Source: Vitrella brassicaformis CCMP3155
Lineage: Eukaryota > Protista > Chromerida
Length of the DNA: 9,344 nucleotides
Direction: 5' to 3'
Assembly: GCA_001179505.1 (NCBI GenBank)
Contig: CDMY01000943.1
Span: 1-9,344 of the forward strand
The notes under the pieces: model-generated
The model's input: only the letters and a program-made list of their open reading frames with translations
Database searches by the model: none
Told to the model about the DNA's origin: nothing
Translations under genes and position numbers: made by a program
Shown here: positions 7,062-9,344 of the stretch, in pieces
Layout of the letters: every line of letters starts with the position of its first letter
Numbering within the stretch: the first letter of the stretch is position 1

Positions 7062-7077
7062 AACCCAACCAACTAAC
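6717..7077 (+). mobile_element. tRNA-derived SINE-like element (element B)
   Basis: 75-nt tRNA-like head at 6717-6791 with A box TGGCCGAGTGG (6724-6734) and B box GGTTCGAGCCC (6768-6778), a unique middle, a 3' region repeated upstream, and a simple-repeat tail aaccaacccaaccaactaac. No distinct target-site duplication is seen. Confidence 0.7.
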
Positions 7078-7441
7078 ATTAAACCAGTGATCGCCACTGG
7101 CCAGTGGTTGAGCCTTAGGGTATGCGTCAAAAGGCGGCTGGGCAGTGTGAGGCGATTTGGCGGCCATTCCTGAAGACCTGGAAAGCCGAATGGAGACGTG
7201 CTTGCTCGTGAACGACGATGCTGGCCGAGAAGCGAAAAATCGGCTGCACTTGTGTGTGATCTGAAGAGAGGGCGCGGACAGCGAAGGGAGGTGGTGAGTC
7301 GGACGACGCAATGTCGCCCCCTCCCCCTTGAATGGGGGAGGGGGCTGCAAAAGGTCAGTATCCATGAGTCAGGGGTCACAGGCAGAAGAGAGCACGTCGA
7401 CCACAGACCGACTGAAGGCGATGGTGGCCGTCACGCAGCAT

Positions 7442-7741
7442 NNNNNNNNNNNNNNNNNNNNNNNNNNNNNNNNNNNNNNNNNNNNNNNNNNNNNNNNNNN
7501 NNNNNNNNNNNNNNNNNNNNNNNNNNNNNNNNNNNNNNNNNNNNNNNNNNNNNNNNNNNNNNNNNNNNNNNNNNNNNNNNNNNNNNNNNNNNNNNNNNNN
7601 NNNNNNNNNNNNNNNNNNNNNNNNNNNNNNNNNNNNNNNNNNNNNNNNNNNNNNNNNNNNNNNNNNNNNNNNNNNNNNNNNNNNNNNNNNNNNNNNNNNN
7701 NNNNNNNNNNNNNNNNNNNNNNNNNNNNNNNNNNNNNNNNN
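7442..7741. other. Assembly gap (300 N)
   Basis: Run of N; probably an estimated or placeholder length at an unresolved repeat. Confidence 0.99.
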
Positions 7742-8097
7742 CAGATCTACTCGTCTGAGCACTCCTGTGTCTGCCTGGCAGGTGTATTGATGTTTCGATT
7801 GGCCGCATTGCCGCCTTCTCTACTGCACGGTGAGCTGATGGCCGTCACGCAGGATTCTGGCACACAGATCTACTCGTCTGAGCACTCCTGTGTCTGCCTG
7901 GCAGGTGTATTGATGTTTCGATTGGCCGCATTGCCGCCTTCTCTACTGCACGGTGAGCTGATGGCCGTCACGCAGGATTCTGGCACACAGATCTACTCGT
8001 CTGAGCACTCCTGTGTCTGTCTGGCAGGTGTGTTGGTGTTTCCTCTGCCGCATTGCCGCCGTCTCTACTGCACGGTGAGCTGATGGCCGCGACGCAG
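7742..8097. repeat. 123-bp tandem repeat (minisatellite), about 2.9 visible copies, probably continuing into the gap
   Basis: Units start at 7742, 7865 and 7988 (cagatctactcgtctgagc...). Copies 1 and 2 are identical and copy 3 is diverged. A 14-nt piece of the unit (tggccgtcacgcag) lies just left of the gap at 7425-7438. Confidence 0.95.
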
Positions 8098-9280
8098 TAT
8101 TCCAGCTTATACACATATGCTCCCACATGTGTGCTCCGGTATGCCCGCGGGTCTTCCCGCACTCATTTGTATGCGCCATTGATTCGTGCATCCATAGCAT
8201 CTGAGCACAAAGCTCTTGGCGTGTTTTATCGTTAATTAATACGCCGACGGATGGGAATGCAGTGAGTGTCTATACAGCGTACATGGCATGTTGAGCGGGT
8301 CAGCTAAATATGCGTCAGAAGGATAGGAGTGCGAGAGATGTCTGACTATGCTAAAGGTCTGTTGGAGCCGGTCCGCCGCTCCTCTCCCTTGCTTGTGTCG
8401 CACCAGTAGCGGTGGGATACCGGTGGTGTAGGATTCATATTGTGTCTTTCTTGGCCGTCCCTCCCTCTATCCCAGTCTGTCTCCCTTCATGCTTCTCTTC
8501 ACGGCTCCCTTCCAATCGCCTTTTTGCTACCTGCCACGCCCTGTGCCAGCCTTTTTTTATTATGGTGTCGCGCACGTCCCAAGTGGCAGGTCTTTGCAGA
8601 CCTGCCACGCTTACGATTAATGATGGGGGGGAGGGGGAAGATTGAGACAAACAGAAGCTGCCCGTGTGAACAAACCCCTAAAAGCATGAGAAACCCCACG
8701 CGTTCCTCCTCGATCTGTCCAACATGAAAACACGCACCCTAACATGCAACACGGACACGCAACACGCAGCACGCAGAGGGCAGATGCAGCAAACAGGTGC
8801 AAATGCAAGGCGCTGCGAACGACGGCAAGTGCTGACACGCGATTTCAGACACTAGTAGTCACGCTAAAACACAACAAAACGAACCGACAGAAACGTGTCT
8901 TGGACTCTGTTGGCCGTTGCCTATTCATTCTTGACAAAAAATGTCTCCGCGGCACTCGTTGGGCCGCCCAGGCCCGGTGGGGGCCGGACTGCCACGCTCA
9001 TACCACACCCAAAGATGGTCAGATAATGTGGAGTCAAGTACACAGAACGGGCGACGATGTTCGTCTAAGCCTCAGACAAAGACACCACCGTTCGCACGAT
9101 GCAAACGGAACACCCCACACAAGGACACGAGCAAAGCTCAACGACTGCAAAAATCACAAGGAGAACGGACATAAGGATGTCGCGCACTGCACAGACACAA
9201 CCAAGCGGGGCGTGCACCCCAATGCACACGACATCCACATCATGTCAGCCGCCCCACAGCCCCGCGATTGTACGGCCCTT

Positions 9281-9344
9281 CGTGGCCCTCTGGCGGGTTC
9301 GCACCCTGCCCACGACTCGCGTGGCCCTCGCGGGTTCGCACCCT
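9281..9344. repeat. Short tandem duplication (about 39-bp unit) truncated by the window edge
   Basis: cgtggccctctggcgggttcgcaccct (9281-9307) recurs as cgtggccctcgcgggttcgcaccct (9320-9344). Confidence 0.8.

Noticed and set aside
7328-8083. 251-aa ORF through the gap
   Set aside because: About 100 codons are N, and the rest is open only because the 123-bp unit is a multiple of 3; no protein-like signal.
7742-8097. CRISPR array
   Set aside because: Whole units are repeated with no unique spacers, there are no cas genes, and the context is eukaryotic.
7316-8608. Helitron 3' termini at the hairpins 7316-7345 and 8583-8608
   Set aside because: No CTRR terminus at the expected distance on either strand.
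8615-8714. Possible minus-strand exon (ggacag|ATCGAGGAGGAA...AATC|gtaagc; IEEERVGFLMLLGVCSHG...)
   Set aside because: The splice signals are plausible, but I could not link it to flanking exons in a consistent frame or recognise the peptide; unsupported without RNA data.
8941-9174. 77-aa plus-strand ORF
   Set aside because: Short, low-complexity, in CA-rich non-coding-looking DNA; no motif support.

Overview
Eukaryotic, intron-rich genomic DNA. Short GT-AG introns and an apicomplexan-type adaptor gene suggest a myzozoan alveolate such as a chromerid (Vitrella-like) or perkinsid; the taxon is inferred, not shown. Bases 600-5716 hold one minus-strand gene that I reconstructed by hand: 30 exons, 29 introns of 49-100 nt, 3246 nt CDS, about 1081 aa. 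Its architecture is VHS - GAT - Pro/Ser/Ala-rich linker - coiled coil - complete AP-2 alpha-adaptin ear (Ig-like sandwich plus platform). This GGA/AP-2alpha hybrid layout is the one described for Plasmodium KIC4 and Toxoplasma KAE of the Kelch13 endocytic (micropore/cytostome) complex. Most ORFs in the supplied track are fragments or antisense shadows of this gene. Upstream (5843-7077) is a composite repeat region. It contains a 54-bp inverted repeat, a G-quadruplex motif, and a tRNA-headed SINE-like element whose 164-nt 3' part and AACY tail are shared with an adjacent, different element. It also shows unusual internal complementarity (a long hairpin in one element, a pseudoknot-type arrangement in the other). 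Further right are a 300-N scaffold gap, a 123-bp tandem array carrying splice-like signals, several isolated perfect hairpins, and non-coding DNA with no confidently identifiable gene.
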